From a phage, in the sequence record PZ452608.1: a stretch of 64,000 nucleotides of DNA; one strand, 5' to 3'. A program made the translations under genes and the position numbers. The stretch's first letter is position 1; every line of letters begins with the position of its first letter. This document shows, one piece after another, positions 1-10,416 of this stretch. The notes beneath the pieces were generated by a model. That model made no database searches, had not been told where the DNA came from, and worked only from the letters and a program-made list of their open reading frames with translations.

Positions 1-139
1 GGAAACCAGTTCGCATATCAAAACGAAACTTAGGTGGAGCAAATGCAGAGATAACATCTCCAGTTCGTGTAGTACGCAGTTCACCAACTGATAAAACGTG
101 GTTCAGTATATTTTTATAACTTGAATCTGCTTGTGACAT
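1..139 (-). CDS. thymidylate synthase, N-terminal fragment (gene runs off window start)
   Basis: Reverse-complement ATG at 139; translated N-terminus MSQADSSYKNILNHVLSVGELRTTRTGDVISAFAPPKFRFDMRTGF fits the ThyA N-terminal pattern (RTG..G....FG...RFDL); absent from ORF track because truncated. Confidence 0.55.
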   Translation of the reverse strand, partial: MSQADSSYKNILNHVLSVGELRTTRTGDVISAFAPPKFRFDMRTGF

Positions 140-140
140 A

Positions 141-686
141 TCAAAAGTGTCCTTTTACTTGTGGAACATAAATCTCAAAGGTTGCTTTACCATCATCTGA
201 TGGTCTTGACTGCACCTTTGCAAACACACGGCTATCATACAGTTTATCGAAGAAGTTTTCAAAAGGTAAATACACAGTGGCCTCTTCAGTAACTTTATGG
301 AAAACTGTATGGAAAACTACACCAGCATACGGCAAAGCATCGACAAGAACACCTGCACCACCAATTACAAAGACATCTTCATCAATAGAGCTATCAAGAT
401 ACTTCAAAAATGCTCCAAAGGATTCTTTACTAGCCTTAGCATACATTACATCATCTTTGTCAAAGTCTATACCCAAATATGGAACAGAGTTCGTTAAGAC
501 GAGGTTTGTACGTTCTGGTAAAGGCTTACTACCCAGAGTCTTAAAAGTCTCATTACCCATGACTACTAAGTTGTTTTTAGTGAGTCTCTTAAACTCTTGC
601 ATATCCTGTTTATGTCGAGGCCACGGCATACCAGTTGGAGTACCGAACTCCCCATGTTCACCACTTGCAAAGATTAATTTAATCAT
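141..686 (-). CDS. dihydrofolate reductase
   Basis: 181-aa ORF with DHFR-like motifs (MIKLIFA..FG.PTGMPW, LVVMGNETF, VIGGAGV); stop abuts thyA start. Confidence 0.75.
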   Translation of the reverse strand: MIKLIFASGEHGEFGTPTGMPWPRHKQDMQEFKRLTKNNLVVMGNETFKTLGSKPLPERTNLVLTNSVPYLGIDFDKDDVMYAKASKESFGAFLKYLDSSIDEDVFVIGGAGVLVDALPYAGVVFHTVFHKVTEEATVYLPFENFFDKLYDSRVFAKVQSRPSDDGKATFEIYVPQVKGHF

Positions 687-943
687 TTTGTAAATCCTTT
701 CTTAATGAACCAGTTGATAACATTCTTCACAGCTTTATTGCTATGGTAGATTAAGTGTGGTGTAGGTTGGTATGAACCATAAGCCCAGAAAGCAATGATT
801 TCATTACACTCTGTACACCTTGTACTCTCTTCAGCGATATGACCGTTGACTATTTCACTTACCTCGCCTTGCAAGTCTGTACACCCACAATGTGGACATC
901 GGATAGGTGTTCCATCAGACTCATAGCAGTGTTCAATTTTCAT
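683..943 (-). CDS. small zinc-ribbon protein
   Basis: 86-aa ORF with CPHCGC and CTEC cysteine pairs; 4-nt overlap with DHFR start. Confidence 0.4.
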   Translation of the reverse strand: MKIEHCYESDGTPIRCPHCGCTDLQGEVSEIVNGHIAEESTRCTECNEIIAFWAYGSYQPTPHLIYHSNKAVKNVINWFIKKGFTK

Positions 944-1459
944 CTATTTAACCTCAAAAACTGGTTCAAGAACCAATATAAAGTCTACACAGTCATCTTC
1001 TTCATCCAGAATACCATCAAAGTTCTTAGGAACGAAGTCGAAGAGGCTCATCACAAAACAGTCAGAAGTAACCTTTATAGTTCCTCCCATGTTCTCTACA
1101 GTTAACACTGTACGACTTTCTTTTACCTCCCTCAGAAGATTACCCACAAAGTCATCTAAGAAGTACTTCATCAATGACTTAAAACCTTTAGGATAATCTG
1201 TACCAGAGTATGTTTCAATCTGAGGTACAAGCTTAACATTTATACTAGTCTTTGTTAAGAATGTGTTAGAGAACATACTATCAGGTAGCTTACAAACAGT
1301 CTTTCCAGTACCTTCATGTTCAATCTCAACAAAACCAGCTTCGTCGCCACATGTAACTATTTTAAAAGATGCTTCATTCTCATACTGTGAAGCCATAAAC
1401 TTTTTAAGCATTTCTTTAAGGAAATCTGCATGAGCATCTTGTAAGTAGACATCAATCAT
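944..1459 (-). CDS. hypothetical protein
   Basis: 171-aa ORF, tightly packed in minus-strand operon. Confidence 0.4.
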   Translation of the reverse strand: MIDVYLQDAHADFLKEMLKKFMASQYENEASFKIVTCGDEAGFVEIEHEGTGKTVCKLPDSMFSNTFLTKTSINVKLVPQIETYSGTDYPKGFKSLMKYFLDDFVGNLLREVKESRTVLTVENMGGTIKVTSDCFVMSLFDFVPKNFDGILDEEDDCVDFILVLEPVFEVK

Positions 1460-1472
1460 AGTTAATCACCTA

Positions 1473-1832
1473 TTATGGGAACAAGCACTTAATGTCATCG
1501 TTTTTGAAAACAAAACTCGTGTAGTTGTGACCATCAACATCCAGCCAAACAGCCTGAACATCTACACCATCAAGATTGTGGTAAAGTTCTTTGATGAAGT
1601 GGTCTTTCACAATCTGGCTGCTAGTTGTTTCCAGCTTAATATTTGAGATTGCTGAACCTACAGCCATATAACCCATGACACGTTTCTTCTCAGTATGCTT
1701 AATCTTACCATCTTTGTAAGCCATAATGAGATTGGAAAGAATTTTTACACCGTAGTACTTTTCAAGGTGAGTAGGTGCACCATAAAAGCCTAATGCGAAG
1801 TTTTCAGAGTGGATAATGTTTTCACGTTTCAT
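1473..1832 (-). CDS. hypothetical protein
   Basis: 119-aa ORF in operon context. Confidence 0.4.
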   Translation of the reverse strand: MKRENIIHSENFALGFYGAPTHLEKYYGVKILSNLIMAYKDGKIKHTEKKRVMGYMAVGSAISNIKLETTSSQIVKDHFIKELYHNLDGVDVQAVWLDVDGHNYTSFVFKNDDIKCLFP

Positions 1833-1833
1833 A

Positions 1834-2133
1834 TTAATCTGCCAACCTTAAATTGAAATTAACACCAAATTTTTCACACACTTCCAACATATACTCAAGA
1901 GAGACATTCCCAGTGAGGTGGATTATGTTGGATACACGAGCTTGAGAGATACCACAAATTTTAGCGACTTGCTCTTGAGAAAGACCTCTGGATTTAATCT
2001 CTCTCTTAAAACGATGTGCAACGAAGTCTCTCATTTCGTCTACATCCATTGGACAAATATAACTCTCCATTTCAGCCTCTCTATCAGCCTCCCAATCATC
2101 TTGTGGGGCATAAGGGTCAAAAACCTCATTCAT
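1834..2133 (-). CDS. helix-turn-helix (XRE-like) DNA-binding protein
   Basis: HTH-like segment GLSQEQVAKICGISQARVSNII; start moved to internal ATG (MNEVF) preceded by GGAAGAAG RBS. Confidence 0.45.
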   Translation of the reverse strand: MNEVFDPYAPQDDWEADREAEMESYICPMDVDEMRDFVAHRFKREIKSRGLSQEQVAKICGISQARVSNIIHLTGNVSLEYMLEVCEKFGVNFNLRLAD

Positions 2134-2338
2134 CTTTCTTCTTCCGTTTACGTGAAGTATCAATTAATGAGTCTATGTTTGTAGCTCTGACCTTTTCACG
2201 TTCATCATTAAGATAATCATCAAGAGCCTTTTCAATCTGTGAATCATCTTGACAGATGACTGTAAAGACTGTAAAGCCGTCTGTATCATCAATTATCTTA
2301 CCATAACCGCTTCTGGGGTGTAACTTTTTAAGAGCCAT
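2126..2338 (-). CDS. hypothetical protein
   Basis: 70-aa ORF, lysine-rich C-terminus. Confidence 0.3.
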   Translation of the reverse strand: MALKKLHPRSGYGKIIDDTDGFTVFTVICQDDSQIEKALDDYLNDEREKVRATNIDSLIDTSRKRKKKDE

Positions 2339-2339
2339 A

Positions 2340-2723
2340 TCAGATACCTGTGCAGCTTCTGTTTTCTAAGAAATACTCAACACCGTACATAGCTTTTTGC
2401 ATCAAATCTTCTTTAAACTGGATACGATGGTTGAGCATAGCCTGTACATCAATATCATCATGGTGCTTCTCTTTAATATTTGCAGATTGCAGGAAATACT
2501 CTGCAAGAACACGATATTGATAGTCAGTCACCTTATCAGTCATCTCTGTCAAAGACTCTTCAGAGATTGGTTTCAGTAGCTCACCATTAGCCAGAACAAC
2601 ACCTTTTACAATCTGGCAAGTATCTTCTGGAACACCTGATAAGTCCACATTGGGAAGTTCTGTTGCATTGACTGGTAAATTTATTGCCATAACCATTGCA
2701 GCAGTTAATAAAATCTTTTTCAT
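2340..2723 (-). CDS. secreted/periplasmic protein
   Basis: N-terminal signal-peptide-like MKKILLTAAMVMAINLPVNA. Confidence 0.45.
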   Translation of the reverse strand: MKKILLTAAMVMAINLPVNATELPNVDLSGVPEDTCQIVKGVVLANGELLKPISEESLTEMTDKVTDYQYRVLAEYFLQSANIKEKHHDDIDVQAMLNHRIQFKEDLMQKAMYGVEYFLENRSCTGI

Positions 2724-2829
2724 AATGACCTCAAAGTTATATTAAATTTTGTATTATATTGAGTATAAAAATAAGCTATAACACCTGACTTGTCAACAGA
2801 TTTTATAGCTTATTTGGCAGATTTTTTAT

Positions 2830-3085
2830 AAGGCTACTGCCATCCTTCCATACCAAACCAAACCTTACAAGACCCAACCACACATCACTGTACTCAACAG
2901 AACTCTACCCTACCTCATTAAAAGACCCTCTTAAAGACCTTTTAAAAAGGTAAGTCTCATTTTAATGTAGCTGAGACTAACTACCCATACCAGACCCTAC
3001 CTTACCAAACCAGACCTCACCCTACCCCACCATACCGTATACTACCTCATTAAAAGACCTTGTTTAAAGACCTTTTAATGAGGAG
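2830..3085. repeat. intergenic repeat copy 1: G-poor pyrimidine/A tract plus about 65-nt conserved core with hairpin
   Basis: Core AAAAGACCCTCT.AAAGACCTTTTAAAAAGGTAAGTCTCATTTTAATGTAGCTGAGACTAACTACCCATAC at 2921-2990 is near-identical to 4309-4384; flanking CCATACC-type tracts almost lack G. Confidence 0.55.
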
Positions 3086-3110
3086 CCTCCGAAGAGGCTA
3101 CCTAGTCAAC

Positions 3111-3551
3111 TTAGAAAGGTTTTCTGCGTTGCTTGTTAATGTTAGCTTTCATAGCAGCTAAATGGTTTTGCTGTTCAATTAGTCGTGAACGTTCTTGGTG
3201 GCTAAGTGCCATAGTATTCACATTCTCAATTGCTTGAGTGGCTTGCTTTAAAGCTCGACCAATCTTACCAGACATTTTGCGTTTTGCAATAGTTGCTTGA
3301 TGCTTAGGTTCAACCACACGATAACCAACACCCATTGAAGCAACCAGATAAATCTTCTCTTCTTTAAGAAGCTTCTCAATAAACTTCTCAAGTCGGTTTA
3401 GACGTGTAAGTGCATAAGCCTTCATTTCATCTTCGTACTTAACAATGTCACCTTGATAAGTTGGCTTCACAATACCTAAGAAGGTGTCCATCTCAGAATG
3501 TGATACAGTGTCACCGTAACTAAACTTTGCTGCTAATGCTTTTGTATTCAT
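3111..3551 (-). CDS. hypothetical protein
   Basis: 146-aa ORF flanked by the repeat copies. Confidence 0.4.
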   Translation of the reverse strand: MNTKALAAKFSYGDTVSHSEMDTFLGIVKPTYQGDIVKYEDEMKAYALTRLNRLEKFIEKLLKEEKIYLVASMGVGYRVVEPKHQATIAKRKMSGKIGRALKQATQAIENVNTMALSHQERSRLIEQQNHLAAMKANINKQRRKPF

Positions 3552-3553
3552 AA

Positions 3554-4159
<606 letters not shown>

Positions 4160-4239
4160 TTAGTTGATTGTTAAGTTGTTTGTAAAGAACCCTCAACAGA
4201 AGACTCTTTAGAAACTTGGTAGATTTTTAACGTGGCTAC

Positions 4240-4480
4240 TACCATCCACCCATACCGTGCCACACCACACCGGACCGTACCATGCCCAACCCTACTACAC
4301 CAGACCTTATTAAAAGACCCTCTCCAAAGACCTTTTAAAAAGGTAAGTCTCATTTTAATGTAGCTGAGACTAACTACCCATACATTACCGCACCATATTA
4401 TACCCTACCCCACCATACTTCACTGCACCGAGCCACGCATTACATCACTTAAAAACCCTTTTCAAAGACTCTTAAGTGAT
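4240..4480. repeat. intergenic repeat copy 2 (same core as 2921-2990)
   Basis: Direct repeat of copy 1 including the AGTCTCA...TGAGACT hairpin; G-poor flanks. Confidence 0.55.
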
Positions 4481-4695
4481 GCTGGTGAGTACCCGTTGGT
4501 TTATGATGCTCAGTATACTCACCAAATTTTCTATGTCAACAACTTTTATAAAAAAGTTCTGATAGCTATATGCGTCACGAAACAAAAGATTGTAAACAAG
4601 ACACCCATTGCAAAAGATGTGTCCAAAAGCTTACTTGCAACGTATGACAATACAAAGACAACCAGTATAAACAAAATGACTGTACTGAACATAGT

Positions 4696-5796
4696 TTACT
4701 CATAATCCCTAATAACGAGACCAACAGGGAACTGTAAAGACCCCTTACGAGTCATCTTCTGGAACTGAACCGTTAAAGGTTTCCCGATAAACTCATCAGG
4801 ATGCTCAGCAAGGTACTGTTTCTTCTCATGAGTAGTCTTCCATGAGACATCTACAAAGACGTTAGGAAGAGTCTCTACAACGAACTTACCATGACCACGT
4901 TTATCAGTCTTTACACCAGTCACTTTAAACTCTTCAGTGTGCATCTTCTTGTGCTTAATCAAGAAGTATGAACGGTGACAACACTCATAGAAGGAGTCTT
5001 CAGAGATTGAACGGTACATTGCACCTTCAAACTTAACTTCAACCCACTTATCATGAGCTTCATCAAATTCTTCCCAAGAGTTTACACGACGAGACTTAAC
5101 AGGGACAACTTTACAGCCATCTCTCAAGTCATTCAATGGTGAAGTCTCAATAATATCCCTACGTTCAGGCCACGTCTTAGTGCTATCACAGATGTCATAC
5201 CAGTAAAACTTAAGAAGATGTCTGTCTGGGTTGTCTTCATTTTTAATCATGGAGACAATATCTTCTAAGTCCCACCCATGAGCATAAACCTCCCCGTCAA
5301 ACTCATCAACGTCTGCATGGAGTCTTAACATAGTCATAATGTCAGGTGTTAGCTCAGTAGGTATTTTATAAACAGTATTCTCACGAGAATAAGCCGTGAA
5401 ACTAACTGAATCATCACCTCTTGAAATTCTACAACGGACACCATCAAGTTTTGGTTGAGCATCAGCAGGGAACTTCAGATACTTTGCATGGCTAACCTTT
5501 GCAGCATCATGAGCAAGCTGTACACCTACCTTCTCAGTATTCTGTGCAGACTCTTTTGTGTAAGCGTAACCTTTACGGTCTACTTGTTTCTTATACTTAG
5601 CAGAAACTTCAAAGAGAGCTTGCTGTTCAGCGTTACGCTCATTCTTTTTACCGATGTTTTTAGGTTCTGCTGTATACTCTTCAAACATCATCTTGCCATT
5701 TTCTTTACCGTAGGTTGTAATAACTTTGTCACCTACAGCAACACATGACCAGATGTTAAAAGAGCCATCTTTATTTTGTTTGTACAGTATTGTCAT
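4696..5796 (-). CDS. ATP-dependent DNA ligase
   Basis: Adenylation motif KLDGVRC (KxDGxR), FDGEV, EGAMYR and LIKHKK motifs; start placed at ATG preceded by GAGGAATAAA. Confidence 0.65.
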   Translation of the reverse strand: MTILYKQNKDGSFNIWSCVAVGDKVITTYGKENGKMMFEEYTAEPKNIGKKNERNAEQQALFEVSAKYKKQVDRKGYAYTKESAQNTEKVGVQLAHDAAKVSHAKYLKFPADAQPKLDGVRCRISRGDDSVSFTAYSRENTVYKIPTELTPDIMTMLRLHADVDEFDGEVYAHGWDLEDIVSMIKNEDNPDRHLLKFYWYDICDSTKTWPERRDIIETSPLNDLRDGCKVVPVKSRRVNSWEEFDEAHDKWVEVKFEGAMYRSISEDSFYECCHRSYFLIKHKKMHTEEFKVTGVKTDKRGHGKFVVETLPNVFVDVSWKTTHEKKQYLAEHPDEFIGKPLTVQFQKMTRKGSLQFPVGLVIRDYE

Positions 5797-5797
5797 T

Positions 5798-5989
5798 TTA
5801 TTCCTCTGAGTGATACCAAGTATTGCAAGCATTACATGCGTAAAGCTCTAAGTCGTTTTTATCTGGTTTATGAAAACAGTTCGCTCCGCAGTGGCAACGA
5901 AACGGCTTTCCACCAACTGTCAGGATGAAGGATTGAACCTTTCCATCAGGAGTTCGTACAGCATTTTTATGCTTATCTTCTTTGTTCAT
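5798..5989 (-). CDS. small zinc-ribbon protein
   Basis: 63 aa with CHCGANC and CNACN cysteine clusters. Confidence 0.35.
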   Translation of the reverse strand: MNKEDKHKNAVRTPDGKVQSFILTVGGKPFRCHCGANCFHKPDKNDLELYACNACNTWYHSEE

Positions 5990-6144
5990 TTATCTCTTGC
6001 CTTTGTCAGATTTCATATATGACATGTTACTACGCCTTTTAATGAAATGCACAACGCATTTTGGTGTATCTTTTGCATCTTTGATGTGCAACCTTTCGAA
6101 ACTGCGCACTGTGAAGGTTGCATCTGTCATTGTTTGCTTAGGTT

Positions 6145-6351
6145 TCATTTTCTCTTACCACCAATCTCTACGTCGATAACTTGAACATCACCAGCAACAT
6201 CAAACTTATGAATGATACTTTCCACAGTGTAAGTCCAACCCTCAATGCGAACCAATTCACCTTCTCGTGGGACGATTGGGTTACGTTGAGCTACGGTTGT
6301 AGTGGAGTGAACAACATCATAACAATAGATATAGTTTACTAGGACTTCCAT
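6145..6351 (-). CDS. hypothetical protein
   Basis: Start trimmed to internal ATG with GAGG RBS to avoid about 90-nt overlap with upstream lipoprotein gene. Confidence 0.3.
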   Translation of the reverse strand: MEVLVNYIYCYDVVHSTTTVAQRNPIVPREGELVRIEGWTYTVESIIHKFDVAGDVQVIDVEIGGKRK

Positions 6352-6361
6352 CGTGAAAACC

Positions 6362-6598
6362 TCACTCAATAACCGTAGTGTGTGATTGACCATTTTTTCC
6401 ATAACTATAAGATGTTGTCGTTTGAGAGTTTGGACATCTGACAACAACAATGTCTCTACTTATGGCATCACCATGCAACTTATAGACTTTGCAATCTTGC
6501 ATCTCTGGTGGGAGGCTATAAGAAGCATTTTTATCTTCATAAGAAGGGTTGCAGCCAGCTAGAAAAATAACACCAAGCACAATTACTGATTTCCACAT
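6362..6598 (-). CDS. putative lipoprotein
   Basis: Signal peptide with lipobox MWKSVIVLGVIFLAGC. Confidence 0.45.
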   Translation of the reverse strand: MWKSVIVLGVIFLAGCNPSYEDKNASYSLPPEMQDCKVYKLHGDAISRDIVVVRCPNSQTTTSYSYGKNGQSHTTVIE

Positions 6599-6755
6599 AA
6601 TACTTCTCCTGTCTGTTGTTCACGATACTCAAGCTCTCTGAAAGTTTTGTAGTAATGAATTTTGTAGTACGCTATCTCATTACTTTTTACGTTTGTTTTT
6701 AGTAGGCTCCAATCAGAGTCTTTACCCATCCTTCCCCAGAGACTATATAACCTAT

Positions 6756-6974
6756 TCATAACAATTCCAAGATATCAATGCGTTCACCCTTAAGAACACC
6801 TGTACGGTCTCTTGCAATCTTACCGTCAACAATAAGGATATGTGCAGACCTTAAAGATTCACTATTAAAACCTTTTACGAACTTACTAGGCATCACCACA
6901 ATAAGCATCTCCTGAATCAACTCTGGAGTATAGCAGTTGTCGTGAAGTTGCTGAATAACGTCTGAAAGTGTCAT
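6756..6974 (-). CDS. hypothetical protein
   Basis: 72-aa ORF. Confidence 0.3.
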   Translation of the reverse strand: MTLSDVIQQLHDNCYTPELIQEMLIVVMPSKFVKGFNSESLRSAHILIVDGKIARDRTGVLKGERIDILELL

Positions 6975-7035
6975 GAGACCTCCTATACAAGATACAGTAT
7001 AAGGTACTCTTCCATGAGCACCTTGTCAATACTAA

Positions 7036-9735
7036 TTAGTGTACTTCAAGCCAGCTTTTACCAACCTTACCAGTACCTGTTACAAGTGTTTCTTTCTTAA
7101 GACCTAAGTTCTTAGAAGCTTGTCCATAATACCAGTCAGTAACTGCTTTCACTTCTGCCGTCATACTTTCTGGACATTCCCAGCTTGTTTCATCGTGATA
7201 TGCGCAGAGTAAACGAGCACCAATAGCTGGTTGACGACCATTTAACTTCATCAAACCTTCGTCAATCATACGACGACAAGCAAGGTTAATTGCCTCATTT
7301 TGAATCTGAGCCTCTGAACCCATCAAAAGGTAGTTCAACAGTTTGTGTGGAGATTTACACCACAACCAAGCTCCAGCAACCTTTACAAAACCCCCTTTAG
7401 AGATTGCAGCAGTCTTACCAAACACCTCTTCAAGTGCCTTTTTAGTCGCTTTGTAGTCAGCTTCCAAGTCATCTAGCAGCTTCTTAATTTTAGGCAAACG
7501 GATAAAGTAAGTCTGTTTAGTCAGTGCACCTTCCTGAGTAGTTGCAGCTTTAATTGTCTTAGCAAACTTCTCATCACCTGCACCGAACAGCAGTGCATAG
7601 ATACCATTCTTAGCTTTCTTACGACCCTTGCTAATCTCATGAAGAAGATTCTCATCCTGAGTAGCTCGACAAGTCAAGATATCCTGCTCATCATTCAAGC
7701 TAAAGTAAATACTGTTCAGTGTGTGTGCATCAGTCCCTGAATAGACAACGTAAAGGTCATTCTCAGAGTCATAGCGAAGGTACTTATCAATCTCTGGGTT
7801 GAGGTACTCATCAAAATGTTTGCAGTAATAGCGTCCATCTTCTTGACGAATAAACTCAATCTCTTCTTTACCTTGCGTTACCGCTTTGGTGAAGTCTTTG
7901 TCACCCATAAAGTTACAAAGGAGAACTAGCTGGGCTGAGTTCATGTCTACAGAGACAACATTAGTACCTTCTTCACAAATCCACACTGCCCTCATTGGCT
8001 CCCCATAGACAGCAGCACCAGACGGTACGTTTACAATACCATATTGTGTCATACGTCCAGTTGAAGTACCAAATACCATTGCACCAGCACTAAGGCGACC
8101 ATCTGGACGAATCTGGTTCAGCCAACCTTTCTCGTCATCCTTTGAGTTCTCAATAGTTCTGCGTCGGTGCATCAAAGTATAGTACTTCGCAATCTTCTGT
8201 CCAAGCTCACCTTCAATCGTATCATAAGATGATTCAGTAAGTTTTGGTGAAGTACGGATTAAGCAAGGCTCAAGCAAATCTGTGTATTTCTTCACAGACC
8301 AGTTATGCTCGATGTACTGTACACCTTCATGTTCAACATAACTCAAACCACACCGCTCAACCATTTCCTGCCACTTAGGATGCTTTGTAATCATCTTTTT
8401 ATTGTCTTTGAAACGACAAACTTTGACAGGGCGACCATCTGAGTCTTTCTTGTAATTCCAGTCATCTGGAATCCAACCAACTGATTTCAAGTAGTCTTTA
8501 ACAACTGCTACCTGAGTCATACGAGAAACTTCAAACTCAATTGGTGTATATGGTGCATCAATCAAACCTGTGTAGCGACTTGACTCAAGTTCAAAGTGGT
8601 TAACAACATGACTGTTATAGTACTTCACAGTTTTGACTGTCTTTACTGGCTTCCAGTCTTTGCATTTCTTACCAATCTTTGCGTTCAACTCATTGCAAAT
8701 TGCACGAGCATCCTTCATTGCTACAAAGCCTTCCTTGTACTCTTCACCAGTTACAGAGTTGGTTGGTGTATAGCAATTTCTCTTTTCAATGTTAAAAATC
8801 TTTGTAGTTGGCTTACCAAATGGCTTGATTTCGTATGTCTGCATCTCACCGTTACGTACCTGCTGACGGTACTTTGTCTTAGGGTACTTGGTAATCCTCT
8901 TCAGACCATCTGCATGACCGAATGTTTCAACATATTCATTCCAAGCTTTTGCAAACTCTTCTCCAGTAACTTTACCTTTGGTCTTAATAGTTGGAGGTAG
9001 ATGCGGTTCAACCTCTGAAGCAAGCTCATTAGTCAACTTGTCAAGCTCCTTTACATGAAACTCCATAAGCTCTTTATCAGCTTTCCAACCATTGATAGCC
9101 TGTTGACTCATCCAGAAAGATGTCTCTTTAGCTCGCATGTAAGTTTCATAAGTGTCTATACCACACTTCTTAAGCTTGAGATATTCATTATCCAGTGCAC
9201 GTTTAGTTTTGGCGTTAATACGGATATCTTCTACAACACGAGTGAAGATTTCTGCATTCCAAACACCCCAATGCTCAATCTCTGGCTTACGAACACCAAC
9301 ACGAGCACCCCATGCAGCCAAGCCATGAGCACCTTTATAACCCTTTGGAGTTGGTCTATCCATCCACTGAACACGAGACTGGATAAGAGAATCCTGAAAG
9401 AAATTACTCCACGGCTTACACTTTGGATTATCAAAGTTCCATAAATCAGGGGCAATGTGATTGAAAACCCACCAGTCATAACCGAGACCATTATGGATGC
9501 AAAGACGTTTTGCCTTTAACGCAAACTCAATACCTTCACGTAAGCCACCCTTAATGTACTTGGTATACTTGTGACCGAGGATAGGCTCGTCTGTAAAGAC
9601 CCATACAGGCGGCTCTTCATCGTCAGATTTATAGTCTGCGAAAGCCATTACGTGAACTTTAGTGAACTCAAGGAGTAAACCATCAGTTTCTGTATCACCA
9701 ACTAAATGTAAGTTTTTAAAATCTACGTTTTCCAT
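7036..9735 (-). CDS. DNA polymerase, family A, with 3'-5' exonuclease domain
   Basis: About 900 aa; Exo I motif DTETDGL, motif-B-like KKAKNGIYALLFGAG, motif-C-like YHDE; start set at ATG (MENVDF) preceded by GAGGGAG. Confidence 0.8.
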   Translation of the reverse strand: MENVDFKNLHLVGDTETDGLLLEFTKVHVMAFADYKSDDEEPPVWVFTDEPILGHKYTKYIKGGLREGIEFALKAKRLCIHNGLGYDWWVFNHIAPDLWNFDNPKCKPWSNFFQDSLIQSRVQWMDRPTPKGYKGAHGLAAWGARVGVRKPEIEHWGVWNAEIFTRVVEDIRINAKTKRALDNEYLKLKKCGIDTYETYMRAKETSFWMSQQAINGWKADKELMEFHVKELDKLTNELASEVEPHLPPTIKTKGKVTGEEFAKAWNEYVETFGHADGLKRITKYPKTKYRQQVRNGEMQTYEIKPFGKPTTKIFNIEKRNCYTPTNSVTGEEYKEGFVAMKDARAICNELNAKIGKKCKDWKPVKTVKTVKYYNSHVVNHFELESSRYTGLIDAPYTPIEFEVSRMTQVAVVKDYLKSVGWIPDDWNYKKDSDGRPVKVCRFKDNKKMITKHPKWQEMVERCGLSYVEHEGVQYIEHNWSVKKYTDLLEPCLIRTSPKLTESSYDTIEGELGQKIAKYYTLMHRRRTIENSKDDEKGWLNQIRPDGRLSAGAMVFGTSTGRMTQYGIVNVPSGAAVYGEPMRAVWICEEGTNVVSVDMNSAQLVLLCNFMGDKDFTKAVTQGKEEIEFIRQEDGRYYCKHFDEYLNPEIDKYLRYDSENDLYVVYSGTDAHTLNSIYFSLNDEQDILTCRATQDENLLHEISKGRKKAKNGIYALLFGAGDEKFAKTIKAATTQEGALTKQTYFIRLPKIKKLLDDLEADYKATKKALEEVFGKTAAISKGGFVKVAGAWLWCKSPHKLLNYLLMGSEAQIQNEAINLACRRMIDEGLMKLNGRQPAIGARLLCAYHDETSWECPESMTAEVKAVTDWYYGQASKNLGLKKETLVTGTGKVGKSWLEVH

Positions 9736-9795
9736 TTTTACTCCCTCTAAAATCATTAACCTCATACATTACTGCAAAAAATTATAAAAAGCAAG

Positions 9796-9830
9796 TTGAC
9801 AATGTACTTGACAAGGTGTTAATCTTTGCG
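9796..9830 (+). promoter_or_regulatory. tandem TTGACA promoter module at divergent junction
   Basis: GTTGACAATGTACTTGACAAGGTGT; near-identical module at 55802-55840. Confidence 0.45.
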
Positions 9831-9992
9831 AAGTGGGTTTTTACTTAAAAGGTTACTTAACAGTTTAACTATACAGATACTTTAAAACTCTTAAAAGATT
9901 ATTTAATAGCTTTTAAAAAGCTTTAAAGTATAACGTATAGAATACGTTAAGATAAAAGATTAAAACTTAATAGTTACTTAAAAGAGGCTTAC

Positions 9993-10415
9993 ATGCAGAA
10001 AATGTTTGTTCACCCAGACATAGCTGACTTTGTTAGAGCTTTGCAGAAGTTGGAAGAACTTGACATTGCTGCTCAACGGGAATATGCTCACCATCACAGG
10101 AGAATGGTTGATATACAACATGAAATAGAGTTATCAGAAGACTATGAAGATGACTTAAAATGCTCTGTGTTCGAGCATATGAAAGACGTTGCTATAGCTA
10201 GACGTAAAGCTAAAGATACAGTTGCTTTACTAGATTCTCTTAAAAAGAGGTTGCAAAGTGGTACAGACCTGTGTAATCTAGCATCACTGATTAACGATGT
10301 TGAAACTTCTTGGGACAGGCATTACTATCCACGTTCTGAAAAGACACTTGACTTTTCTTCATCTGAAAACTTAAAATGCTCTAGAAAGAAACTTAACCAA
10401 CTGAGAGAGAAATAA
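9993..10415 (+). CDS. hypothetical protein
   Basis: 140-aa ORF, first gene of plus-strand block. Confidence 0.45.
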   Translation: MQKMFVHPDIADFVRALQKLEELDIAAQREYAHHHRRMVDIQHEIELSEDYEDDLKCSVFEHMKDVAIARRKAKDTVALLDSLKKRLQSGTDLCNLASLINDVETSWDRHYYPRSEKTLDFSSSENLKCSRKKLNQLREK

Positions 10416-10416
10416 T

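Noticed and set aside
4171-4353. 60-aa minus-strand ORF within intergenic repeat copy 2
   Set aside because: Lies entirely inside the G-poor repeat element; translation is repeat-driven (Trp/Gly/Val-rich) and there is no equivalent ORF in repeat copy 1.
8596-9444. Plus-strand ORFs (134, 129 aa) and minus ORF 9231-9491 inside the DNA polymerase gene; similar antisense or internal ORFs inside nrdA, nrdD, the NAMPT-like gene, primase-helicase and others
   Set aside because: Fully embedded in long, well-supported genes, mostly in antisense; hydrophobic or low-complexity translations typical of frame artefacts.
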